DNA of 64,000 nt from Macrostomum lignano (Eukaryota). Below, piece by piece: positions 35,801 to 48,221 of the stretch; position 1 is the stretch's first letter; each line of letters starts with the position of its first letter. A model generated the notes under the pieces. The model searched no databases and was not told the origin of the DNA. It saw nothing but the letters and a program-made list of their open reading frames with translations. Location: contig NIVC01000056.1 of assembly GCA_002269645.1 (NCBI GenBank), positions 868,001-932,000 on the forward strand, in the 5' to 3' direction. A program made the position numbers and the translations under genes.

Positions 35801-36663
35801 CGCTTCTATGATTGTTTACATGACGCTTCTATGATTGTTTACATGACGCTTCTATGATTCTTTACGTGACGCTTCTATGATTTTCACATGACGCTTCTAT
35901 GATTGTTTACATGACGCTTCCATGATTTTTTAAATGACGCATCTATGATTTTTATATGACGCTTCTATGATTGTTTACATGACGCTTCTATGATTGTTTA
36001 CATGACGCTTCTATGATTTTTTTAAAAGACGCTTCTATGATTGTTTATATGACGCTTCTATGATTGTTTACATGACGCTTCTATGATTGTTTACATGACG
36101 CTTCTACGATTTTTTACATGACGCTTCTATGATTGTTTACATGACGCTTGTATGATTTTTTAAATGACGCTTCTATGATTGTTTACATGACGCTTCTACG
36201 ATTTTTATATGACGCTTCTATGATTTTTTAAATGACGCTTTTATCATTTATCATTTATCATTTATCATTTATCAGTTTCTCAGTCAGTCAGTATCAGTTA
36301 ACAATATGGTTACGCAATTTAAATCAAGTCTGGTGCTACGCTTCCACACTGCATTTTCAATTAAAGTCAGAGTTACAATTCAGTTATGATGCAATCTATT
36401 TCAGAGTCAGAATTCAACCAGTCAGTTTTTTCTCTAGCATTCTTACAATGCATTTCAAGTCGAAAGAGCTGCTTGACCTTTGCAAAAAAGCATGTTTTTC
36501 GAATATTTAATGCCTTTAGCATCGAGCAATTTCTTAGCCACGATGCATGTACAGTCACGGGAAAATTTCTGATCGAACAGTGCAAGTTCGAACAAAATCG
36601 GTCCAGCCATTTTTTCTCTAATCTATCACATATATATAGACATCACATTTTTAGTATATAGGA
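32890..36663 (-). mobile_element. Non-autonomous Helitron-like unit 1 carrying (CCCTAA)n and a 22-23 bp satellite
   Basis: Minus-strand 5' end TCCTATATAC at 36663. The 3' end is a CCCC-AAC-GGGG hairpin then TAGATTG-CTAG|T at 32890. Telomere-like tract at 33120-33172; satellite ACATGACGCTTCTATGATTGTTT at about 34480-36240. Confidence 0.75.
34022..34416. mobile_element. Solo LTR nested in Helitron unit 1
   Basis: TGTA...TACA termini with a 4-bp TSD ATTC (34018-34021 and 34417-34420). It is absent at the homologous empty site in unit 2 (about 37330). Confidence 0.7.
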
Positions 36664-39433
36664 CTAGCAATCTACGCCCCCGTTGGGGAGCCAAAGAAAT
36701 GCAATACACGTTTTTTAATAAGCTACATATATCCTTGAAATCTTAAAAAATCTCCTGTCAAACCTTGTAAGCCTTGACATGTCAATAATTCCCCCCACAA
36801 GCTTTAACACATCAACTTCCCCCCTTGACATCTCAGCAATGCCCCCAATAAGCCTTGAAAATCTAAAAATATCTGTCAACCTTCTAACCCTAACCCTAGC
36901 CTAACCCTAACCCTACCCTAACCCTAACCCTAACCTAACCCTAAAGCATTGAAATTTCAGTAATTCTCTCTGAGAGTCATTATAGCACTACTACAGCATT
37001 ATAGCAATTCCCTGCAAGCCTCGACATCGTAGGGATTCCCAAATGAATCTCTTAACTTCGACATGAAGCTTCTTTTATTTTTTACATTACGCTTTTTATA
37101 TCAGCGCCCCCCCCCGTGGCGAGCCAACAAAGAATGCAATAAAAAATTGAGTAAAGTACATGAACATTGAAGTAGCCTCTGACTTTTGCTTTGACATCTC
37201 AGAAACCCCCCCCCGTAATCTCAGTTATTCTCTGAGAGCCTTGACGTCTCAGTAATTCTCCCCAGCACAGCATTATAGCTTCATTTAATTTTTACATCAC
37301 ACCCTTCATGTCTGACATGACGCTTCTTTTATTCTACCATGATGCTTCTTAATATTTTAAATGACACTCATTAGTTTTTAAATGAGGCTTCTATGATTTT
37401 TTACATGATGCTTCTTTGATTGTTTACATGACGCTTCTATGATTTTTTACATGGCGCTTCTATGATTTTTACATGACGCTTCTATGATTGTTTACATGAC
37501 GCTTCTATGATTTTTTACATGACGCTTCTATGATTGTTTACATGACGCTTCTATGATTGTTTACATGACGCTTCTATGATTGCTTACATGACGCTTCTAT
37601 GATTGTTTACATGACGCTTCTATGATTGTTTACATGACGCTTCTATGATTGCTTACATGACGCTTCTATGATTTTTTCATGACGCTGCTACGATTTTTAC
37701 ATGACGCTTCTATGATTGTTTACATGACGCTTCTATGATTTTTTACATGGCGCTTCTATGATTTTTTACATGACGCTTCTATGATTGTTTACATGACGCT
37801 TCGATGATTTTTTACATGACGCTTCTATGATTTTTTACATGGCGCTTCTATGATTGTTTACATGACGCTTCTATGATTGTTTACATGACGCTTCTATGAT
37901 TGTTTACATGACGCTTCTATGATTGTTTACATGACGCTTCTACGATTTTTTACATGTCGCTTCTATGATTGTTTACATGACGCTTCTATGATTGCTTACA
38001 TGACGCTTCTATGATTTTTTCATGACGCTGCTACGATTTTTACATGACGCTTCTATGATTGTTTACATGACGCTTTTATGATTTTTACATGACGCTTCTA
38101 TGTTTTTTTAAATGACGCTTCTATGATTTTTTACATGGCGCTTCTATGATTTTTTACATGACGCTTCTATGATTGTTTACATGACGCTTCTATGATTTTT
38201 TACATGACGCTTCTATGATTTTTTACATGGCGCTTCTATGATTGTTTACATGACGCTTCTATGATTGTTTACATGACGCTTCTATGATTTTTTACATGAC
38301 GCTTCTATGATTGTTTACATGACGCTTCTATGATTGTTTACATGACGCTTCTATGATTGCTTACATGACGCTTCTATGATTTTTAAATGAGGCTTCTATG
38401 ATTTTTTACATGACGCTTCTATGATTTTTTACATGGCGCTTCTATGATTTTTACATGACGCTTCTATGATTGTTTACATGACGCTTCTATGATTTTTTAC
38501 ATGACGCTTCTATGATTTTTTACATGACGCTTCTACGATTTTTTACATGTCGCTTCTATGATTGTTTACATGACGCTTCTATGATTTTTTAAATGACGCT
38601 TCTATGATTTTTTAAATGACGCTTCTATGATTGTTTACATGACGCTTCTACGATTCTTTACATGACGCTTCTATGATTTTTTACATGACGCTTCTATGAT
38701 TGTTTACATGACGCTTCTACGATTCTTTACATGACGCTTCTATGATTGTTTACATGACGCTTCTACGATTTTTACATGACGCTTCTATGATTGTTTACAC
38801 GACGCTTCTACGATTTTTACATGACGATTCTTTTTAAAAAGTCTTTTAGTTTTCCTGACGTTGAAAAGCTTAAATTAAAAAAATTATACTCTATGAAAAT
38901 TCGAACCATCGTCGCTGCATTTAGCAGTTCAGTTTGTTCACCTCTAGGCTAGCTCTCATCGTTTTGATAACATCAAATTTTGCACTTATATAATTCAACA
39001 CTTTAAAATCCAAGCATAGAGTAAATCACACGAAGCAGTTATGACATAATCAGTTTCTCAGTCAGTCAGTATCAGTTAACAATATGGTTACGCAATTTAA
39101 ATCAAGTCTGGTGCTACGCTTCCACACTGCATTTTCAATTCAAGTCGGAGTTACAATTCAGTTATGATGCAATCTATTTCAGAATCAGAATTCAACCAGT
39201 CAGTTTTTTCTCTAGCATTCTTACAATGCATTTCAAGTCGAAAGAGCTGCTTGACCTTTGCAAAAAAGCATGTTTTTCGAATATTTAATGCCTTTAGCAT
39301 GGAACAATTTCTTAGCCACGATGCATGTACAGTCACGGGAAATTTTCTGATCGAACAGTGCAAGTTCGAACAAAATCGGTCCAGCCATTTTTTCTCTAAT
39401 CTATCACATATATGTCCCAATGGCTATATAGGA
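36664..39433 (-). mobile_element. Helitron-like unit 2, head-to-tail with unit 1
   Basis: Its CTAG end (36664-36667) abuts the TC start of unit 1. It has the same hairpin, (CCCTAA)n at about 36885-36943, an internal deletion relative to units 1 and 3, satellite at about 37390-38830, and a 5' TCCTATATAG at 39433. Confidence 0.75.
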
Positions 39434-39434
39434 A

Positions 39435-42400
39435 TCTTGCTTGCTTGTAATCGATTAGAGAAAAAATGGCTTAACCGATTTTTATGAGACTTGCACTGTT
39501 CGATCAGAAATTTTCCCGTGACTGTACATGCATCGTGGCTAAGAAATTGCTCGATGCTAAAGGCATTAAATATTCGAAAAACATGCTTTTTTGCAAAGGT
39601 CAAGCAAACTTTTCGACTTGAAATGCATTGTAAGAATGCTAGAGAAAAAACTGACTGGTTGAATTCTGATTCTGAAATAGATTGCATCATAACTGAATTG
39701 TAACTCCGACTTGAATTGAAAATGCAGTGTGGAAGCGTAGCACAGACTTGATTTAAATTGCGTAACCATAATTGTTAACTGATACTGACTGACTGAGAAA
39801 CTGATTATGTCATAACTGCTTCGTGTGATTTACTCTATGCTTGGATTTTAAAGTGTTGAATTATATAAGTGCAAAATTTGATGTTATCAAAACGATGAGA
39901 GCTAGCCTAGAGGTGAACAAACTGAACTGCTAAATGCAGCGACGGTGGTTCGAATTTTCATAGAGTATAATTTTTTTAATTAAAGCTTTTCAACGTCAGG
40001 AAAACTAAAAAACTTTTTAAAAAGAAGCGTCATGTAAAAATCATAGAAGCGTCATGTAAAAATCATAGAAGCGTCATGTCAAAAATCATAAAAGCGTCAT
40101 GTAAAAATCATAGAAGCGTCTTTTAAAAAAATCATAGAAGCGTCATGTAAACAATCATAGAAGCGTCATGTAAACAATCATAGGAGCGTCATGTAAACAA
40201 TCATAGAAGCGTCATGCAAACAATCATAGAAGCGTCATGTAAAAATCGTAGAAGCGTCATATAAACAATCATAGAAGCGTCATGTAAACAATCATTGAAG
40301 CGTCATGTAAAAATCATAAAAGCGTCATGAAAAAATCATAGAAGCGTCATGTAAACAATCATTGAAGCGTCATGTAAACAATCATAGAAGCGTCATGTAA
40401 AAATCATAAAAGCGTCATGAAAAATCATAGAAGCGTCATATAAACAATCATAGAAGCGTCATGTAAACAATCATAGAAGCGTCATGTAAACAATCATAGA
40501 AGCGTCATGTAAAAAATCATCGAAGCGTCATATAAACAATCACTGAAGCGTCATGTAAACAATCATAAAAGCGTCATGTAAAAAAATCATAGAAGCGTCA
40601 TGTAAACAATCATAGAAGCGTCATGTAAAAATCATAAAAGCGTCATGAAAAAATCATAGAAGCGTCATATAAACAATCATAGAAGCGTCATGTAAACAAT
40701 CATAGAAGCGTCATGTAAACAATCATAGAAGCGTCATGTAAAAAATCATAGAAGCGTCATATAAACAATCACTGAAGCGTCATGTAAACAATCATAAAAG
40801 CGTCATGTAAAAAATCATAGAAGCGTCATGTAAACAATCATAGAAGCGTCATTTAAAAAAATCATAGAAGCGTCATATAAACAATCATAGAAGCGTCATG
40901 TAAAAAATCATAGAAGCGTCATGTAAAAAATCATAGAAGCGTCATGTAAACAATCATAGAAGCGTCATGTAAAAAATCATAGAAGCGTCATGTAAAAAAT
41001 CATAGAAGCGTCATATAAACAATCATAGAAGCGTCTTTTAAAAGAATCATAGAAGCGTCATGTAAACAATCATAGAAGCGTCATGTAAACAATCATAGAA
41101 GCGTCATGTAAAAAATCATAGAAGCGTCATGTAAACAATCATAGAAGCGTCATGTAAAAAATCATAGAAGCGTCATGTAAACAATCACTGAAGCGTCATG
41201 TAAACAATCATAGAAGCGTCATGTAAACAATCATAGAAGCGTCATGTAAAAATCATAGAAGCGTCATGTAAACAATCACTGAAGCGTCCTGTAAACAATC
41301 ACTGAAGCGTCATGTAAACAATCATAGAAGCGTCATGTAAACAATCATAAAAGCGTCATGTAAAAATCATAAAAGCGTCATGAAAAAATCATAGAAGCGT
41401 CATATAAACAATCATAGAAGCGTCATGTAAACAATCATAGAAGCGTCATGTAAACAATCATAGAAGCGTCATGTAAAAAATCATAGAAGCGTCATATAAA
41501 CAATCACTGAAGCGTCATGTAAAAAATCATAAAAGCGTCATGTAAAAAATCATAGAAGCGTCATGTAAAAAATCATAGAAGCGTCATTTAAAAAAATCAT
41601 AGAAGCGTCATATAAACAATCATAGAAGCGTCATGTAAACAATCATAGAAGCGTCATATAAACAATCATAGAAGCGTCTTTTAAAAAAATCATAGAAGCG
41701 TCATGTAAACAATCACTGAAGCGTCATGTAAACAATCATAGAAGCGTCATATAAAAATCATAGATGCGTCATTTAAAAAATCATGGAAGCGTCATGTAAA
41801 CAATCATAGAAGCGTCATGTGAAAATCATAGAAGCGTCACGTAAAGAATCATAGAAGCGTCATGTAAACAATCATAGAAGCGTCATGTAAACAATCATAG
41901 AAGCGTCATTAAAAAATCATAGAAGCGTCATGTAAACAATTATAGAAGCGTCATGTAAAAAAATCATAGAAGCGTCATGTAAACAATCATAGAAGCGTCA
42001 TGTAAAAAATCATAGAAGCGTCATGTAAACAATCATAGAAGCGTCATGTAAAAAATCATAGAAGCGTCATGTAAACAATCACTGAAGCATCATGTAAACA
42101 ATCATAGAAGCGTCATGTAAACAATCATAGAAGCGTCATGTAAAAATCATACAAGCGTCATGTAAACAATCACTGAAGCGTCATGTAAACAATCATAGAA
42201 GCGTCATGTAAACAATCATAGAAGCGTCATGTAAACAATCATAAAAGCGTCATGTAAAAATCATAAAAGCGTCATGAAAAAATCATAGAAGCGTCATATA
42301 AACAATCATAGAAGCGTCATGTAAACAATCATAGAAGCGTCATGTAAACAATCATAGAAGCGTCATGTAAAAAATCATCGAAGCGTCATATAAACAATCA

Positions 42401-45025
42401 CTGAAGCGTCATGTAAAAAATCATAAAAGCGTCATGTAAAAAATCATAGAAGCGTCATGTAAAAAATCATAGAAGCGTCATTTAAAAAATCATAGAAGCG
42501 TCATATAAACAATCATAGAAGCGTCATGTAAACAATCATAGAAGCGTCATATAAACAATCATAGAAGCGTCTTTTAAAAAATCATAGAAGCGTCATGTAA
42601 ACAATCATAGAAGCGTCATGTAAACAATCATAGAAGCGTCATATAAAAATCATAGATGCGTCATTTAAAAAATCATGGAAGCGTCATGTAAACAATCATA
42701 GAAGCGTCATGTGAAAATCATAGAAGCGTCACGTAAAGAATCATAGAAGCGTCATGTAAACAATCATAGAAGCGTCATGTAAACAATCATAGAAGCGTCA
42801 TGTAAAAAATCATAGAAGCGTCATGTAAACAATTATAGAAGCGTCATGTAAAAAAATCATAGAAGCGTCATGTAAACAATCATAGAAGCGTCATGTAAAC
42901 AATCATAGAAGCGTCATGTAAACAATCATAGAAGCGTCATGTAAACAATCATAGAAGCGTCATTTAAAAAATCATAAAAGCGTCATGCAAAAATCATAGA
43001 TGCGTCATTTAAAAAATCATGGAAGCGTCATGTAAACAATCATAGAAGCGTCATGTAAAAAATCATAGAAGCGTCATATAAAAATCATAGATGCATCATT
43101 TAAAAAAATCATAGAAGCGTCATATAAAAAATCATAGAAGCGTCATGTAAAAATCATAGAAGCGTCATGTAAACAACCATAGAAGCGTCATGTAAAAAAT
43201 CATAGAAGAGTCATGTAAACAATCATAGAAGCGTCATGTAAGCAATCATAGAAGCGTCATGTAAACAATCATAGAAGCGTCATGTAAACAATCATAGAAG
43301 CGTCATGTAAGCAATCATAAAAGCATCATGTAAACAATCATAGAAGCGTCATGTAAACAATCACAGAAGCGTCATGAAAAAATCATAGAAGCGTCATGTA
43401 AACAATCATAGAAGCGTCATGTAAAGAATCATAGAAGCGTCATGTAAAAAAATCATAGATGCGTCATTTAAAAAATCATAGAAGCATCATGTAAACAATC
43501 ATAGAAGCGTCATTTAAAAAAATCATAGAAGCGTCATATAAAAATCATAGATGCGTCATTTAAAAAATCATAGAAGCGTCATGTGAAAATCATAAAAGCG
43601 TCACGTAAAGAATCATAGAAGCGTCATGTAAACAATCATAGAAGCGTCATGTAAACAATCATAGAAGCGTCATGTAAACAATCATAGAAGCGTCATGTAA
43701 AAAATCATAGAAGCGTCATGTAAACAATCATAGAAGCGTCATGTAAACAATCATAGAAGCGTCATTTAAAAAATCATAGAAGCGTCATGTAAACAATCAT
43801 AGAAGCGTCATGTAAAAAATCATAGAAGCGTCATGTAAAAAATCATAGAAGCGTCATGTAAAAATCGTAGAAGCGTCATTTAAAAATCATAGAAAATCAT
43901 AAAAATCAAAAATTAAATGCAGCTATAATGCTGTGCTGGGGAGAAAAACTGAGACGTAAAGGCTCTCAGAGAATAACTGCTGAGATTACGGGGGGGGGTT
44001 TCTGAGATGTCAAAGCAAAAGTCAGAAGCTACTTCAAAGTTCATGTACTTTACTCAATTTTTTTATTGCATTCTTTGTTGGCTCGCCACGGGAGGCGCTT
44101 ATAGAAGAAGAGTCATGTAAAAAATAAAAGTAGCACTACGAGCGTATGTACGAGCTATACATAAAAGAAAAGTCATGTTCAAGTTAAAAGATTCATTTGG
44201 GAATTGCTACGATGTCAAAGCTTGGTGGAAATCGTTATAGTGCTGTGATTCTTAAAGAAGGAATCACTAAAATGTCAAGGCTTAGGGGAGAAGAATTGCT
44301 GAGATTTCAAGGCTTTAGGTTGGGTTAAAGTTAGGTTTAGGTCAGGTGTGGGTTGAGGGTTATATTTTATCGGGTTTCAAGGTTAACAGAATAACAGGGG
44401 ATTTTTTAGATTTCAAGGTTTATGGAGGCCATCGCTGACATGTTAAGGCTTACGGGGGAATAGCTGAGATGTCAAGGCTCACGGGGTATAAATGAGATTT
44501 CAAGGCTAAAGTCAGAAGCTACATGTAGTTTATTGAAAACTTTTTATTACATTATTTGATGCCTCCTCAGGGGAGGGATCGCTGATAAAAAAAGCGTAAT
44601 GTAAAAAATAAAAGAAGCTTCATGTCGAAGTTAAGAGATTCATTTGGGAATCCCTACGATGTCGAGGCTTGCAGGAAATCGCTATAATGCTGTAGTAGTG
44701 CTATAGTGACTCTTAGAGAGAATTACTGAAATTTCAATGTTAGGTTAGGGTTAGGGTTAGGGTTAGGGCTAGGGTTAGGGTTAGGGTTAGGCTAGGGTTA
44801 GAAGGTTGACAGATATTTTTAGATTTCCAAGGCTTATTGGGGGCATTGCTGAGATGTCAAGGGGGGAAGTTGATATGTCAAAGCTTGTGGGGGGGGAATT
44901 ACTGACATGTCAAGGCTTACAAGGTTTGACAGGAGATTTTTTAAGATTTCAAGGATACATGTAGCTTATTTAAAAAACGTGTATTGCATTTATTTGGCTC
45001 CCCAACGGGGGGCGTAGATTGCTAG
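39435..45025 (+). mobile_element. Helitron-like unit 3, inverted (head-to-head with unit 2), with a 3.9 kb satellite
   Basis: 39443-40020 is the reverse complement of about 38830-39410. Satellite at about 40030-43890, (TTAGGG)n at about 44740-44780, and hairpin plus CTAG|T at 45022-45026. Confidence 0.75.
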
Positions 45026-45414
45026 TCAATCTACTGATAGTACTGTAAAATCGCTCCTCTAGTATAGATCAGAAAAACATGCAACACTAAGATTTTCTTA
45101 ATCCCTGTACTGAATTTTTTTGCTGCGTCTGCTTTAAAGTTACGTCTCATATATATTTAGCAATAATGTAAATCATGTACCAAACAAACAAACAAACATA
45201 GAAAAGAACTTTTTGCATTGGATGCGTGTGTTGAACATTCGAGCTCGTATTGATATATTGCGTGGTATATTTTACCATTTAAAGTACATTTAATTGTATT
45301 TTAAATATTTTGTACCATGAATTATCTATTATTATAACTTGTGTGTCTCCGTTTATTAATTGTTTGTTAAACCAGATTTAAACGTTGAAATCGTCGAACT
45401 GCATCAATAGAGGC

Positions 45415-45555
45415 ACTCATTTTGGCGCCGCAGGCACTCGTTTTGGCACCGCAGGCACTCATTTTGGCGCCGCAGGCACTCATTTTGGCGCCGCAGGCAC
45501 CATTTTGGCGCCGCAGGCACTCATTTTGGCGCCGCAGACACTCGTTTTGGCGCCT
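45415..45555. repeat. 21 bp tandem repeat (GCAGGCACTCATTTTGGCGCC); a second 21-bp array (GTAGGTTTACCCGTTAGTCAG) at about 45920-46045
   Basis: Direct observation. Confidence 0.9.
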
Positions 45556-46556
45556 TAAAAGTTAAAAGTAAAAGTTACAAGGTGGGTTAGGTTGGTGGGG
45601 ACAAAGCATTGGCATGTCCCCACATAGCTTTTACTGGGGGGGGGACATTTCCCCATCTGCCCCCCCCCCGGTGGCGACGCGCCTGGTTGAACGGTGCACT
45701 GGGTACGCTAGTTGAGCGCTTCTCTAGTCAATTCGCAAGGATGCTACGAATAAAAATGTAGCCAATGCTTCAGCTAAGTCCTGGTTCTAAGAATTATTTG
45801 AGCTACCCTTGCACAAGTCAAGCTGGCGTGTCTGGTGGAGCTAAAAAGCTTTAGATCGCATATTAAGGAGACAAAATTTGTTGTCTAAATTATTTATGCA
45901 ACATCCGTTGCGCTGAAACAGTTTACCCGTTGGTCAGGTTGGTAGGTTTACCCGTTAGTCTTGGTAGGTTTACCCGTGAGCCAGGTAGCTTTACCCGTTA
46001 GTCAGGTAGGTTTACCCGTTAGTCAGGTAGGTTTACCCGTTAGTCAATCTTGCTAAAATGCATTGCATCTTCATTCGCAGTGTTTTTAAGCCGCCAAGCT
46101 TCTTTGTAAATTTCACCAGGCCGAGAAGTCTAGCAGCTTGTCGATGAAGGCTCTGGAGGAAGCAACCTGAAAACGGAAACTAAAAAAAACAAAAGATCGC
46201 AACGGAAACAAAGAGTCGAACAGTTTTTACCCATTCTGTTGACTCAGGAAATGGATCACACCAAGAAAGAAGACGATTAAGGTTCCGGAGAGCTGAGTAA
46301 ACGTTTGGGAGGCAGGTGATGTTTTCTTCAGGTAGATTTGAGAAGAAACTTGATGGAAGATCTGCTAGCTAAGCTATTGTGTGCAAAGTAACACGTCCGG
46401 TAGGATGCGAACAGCGTCCATCAGTGGAGGCAATCAGCTAAAACGAAACTATATACGATATATATATAGCTCGTATGTAGATTTTACTTTAAAGCTTCAA
46501 AGCTTCAAGAAAACTTACTCTCTGCCTAACTAAAGATTGCGTAAAAAAATTCCGAC

Positions 46557-47324
46557 ATGCTTCTTCGCTTTCAGTGGCCTTTTATGACGTTCTGCGTGGC
46601 TGTGACTGCTGCTGCCGCTTGCACGATACAGAAGGCCGCCTTCCACAAGACCACTGGAGCTGATTGCGTTCGGCCCGAATTCACCAACATCGTGTGGGGC
46701 CTGTGCGACCCGCTGTCCTGCAGCCTCTTCTGTGCCAAGACGTCCAAGTGCCAGGCCTTCACGCTGCCCTCTGGTGACTGTGTCTGCAAGCTGTTCCTGT
46801 TCGACAAGTGCAGTCACCGAGTACAGTCGGAGCCCAACTGTGCTCACCTGGTGACCGTGTACATGAGATCAATGGCCGGAGTAGCGGCGGGTCGCCTGTG
46901 TCCTCCCGGATACGAGTTCGCTCGGTTCGGCACCGCCTACAAGGTGTCGGGTTCGGCCGCGGCCAGCTGGGAAGAAGCCTTTGCCAGATGCAACGAGGAG
47001 GCCGGCTTGTCAAAATTCGCTGACGCTCTGGACACCGACGAAACTGGCCACCTAATGTGGATCAAGAACGTGTCAAACGTTCCGGTCGAGAGCTTGTTCC
47101 TGGGAGGCCACCAGATCCCAGGCTCAGAAAGTATCAGTGAAGGCTGGATCTGGGACGCGTGCAACGAGAGCATCCGAGCCGATGTGTGGGAACCGGGAAG
47201 GCCCAACAAAGGCTTGCCCATTGAGGGATGCATTCGCACTAACAGCAATCATAACATCGGTATTGACGATTTCGCTTGTACCGATCAGCATAAATACATC
47301 TGCGAGTGTCAGTATGTGTTTTGA
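46557..47324 (+). CDS. Secreted single-exon protein with a PAN/apple-like Cys domain and a C-type lectin domain
   Basis: Hydrophobic N-terminus; CSLFCAKTSKCQAF pattern; CPPGY..SWEEAFARC..LFLGG..GWIW..WEPGRPN..GCI..IDDFAC..YICEC. Confidence 0.8.
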   Translation: MLLRFQWPFMTFCVAVTAAAACTIQKAAFHKTTGADCVRPEFTNIVWGLCDPLSCSLFCAKTSKCQAFTLPSGDCVCKLFLFDKCSHRVQSEPNCAHLVTVYMRSMAGVAAGRLCPPGYEFARFGTAYKVSGSAAASWEEAFARCNEEAGLSKFADALDTDETGHLMWIKNVSNVPVESLFLGGHQIPGSESISEGWIWDACNESIRADVWEPGRPNKGLPIEGCIRTNSNHNIGIDDFACTDQHKYICECQYVF

Positions 47325-48221
47325 AACTGTAAGGCCAAAAACAAAAGAATAAAATTTCTAAGTTTGGCGTAAACAAACTTTTGGTACGGGATTGCTGAAA
47401 CACTAATCAGACTTCAACGCTGTGCTGAGTGACACTCGGAGTTGTCATAGACTATTTCATTTAATGAACCGTTTTGTGTTGAGAAATTTATCAGTGGCCA
47501 TAGACCATATACGCAGTCTTTGTCGTGCAGGAATATGTCAAGCCCAAGTAAGACAATATAACGATAGTACAGATATAAACCAACAGCAATGTCTATGATT
47601 GCTACCCAAAAACATAAGTTTATATGAGCGCGTGTACCGAACATTATATAACCTTTGCTTTATATAATTACTGTTCATTTTTTGTCTATGGTTATCATCT
47701 TCATGGATTTTCTCTCCTTAGAAGTCCTCCTAAACCATCCAAAATATAAAACTGTATAAGTTAAAAATTCGTTGGCTATGGCACCTGTTTCAAATTTAAG
47801 AATCTTCCAGTTTACTGCTGTAAGAATCTGCGCATTTATGTACGCTGAATCAATATTAGCGCACTTCACTCAAAATAGAAGCAAAAATGACGTACATACA
47901 AGTAGAGCTCATCATTTCGATCGCAGATTTGATGTATGACAAAATAGTACACAGAACATGAAAATCATATCTATATTTTGGCAGACATAGGCACAACCAC
48001 ACAGGTATACAATATAAAAGTAAAATTAAATAGTTTAGCGAACACGCAGTCTCATTTATAAAAAATTACAAAAGTAAAAAAAACTGTTTTTGTATGTTGG
48101 AAAAATTTAAACTAAACTAACAAAAATTGCACAGCCATAAGACACAGAGAATTTGGCTTATCAAAAGATATCTCACAACCAGACAAAAATAACCAGCATA
48201 GGTAATCATTGAATACCAGAT

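Noticed and set aside
36232-39769. ORFs such as MMQSISESEFNQ and MHCSIRNFP as Helitron Rep/helicase
   Set aside because: They are short, open on both strands, and lack HUH or helicase motifs.
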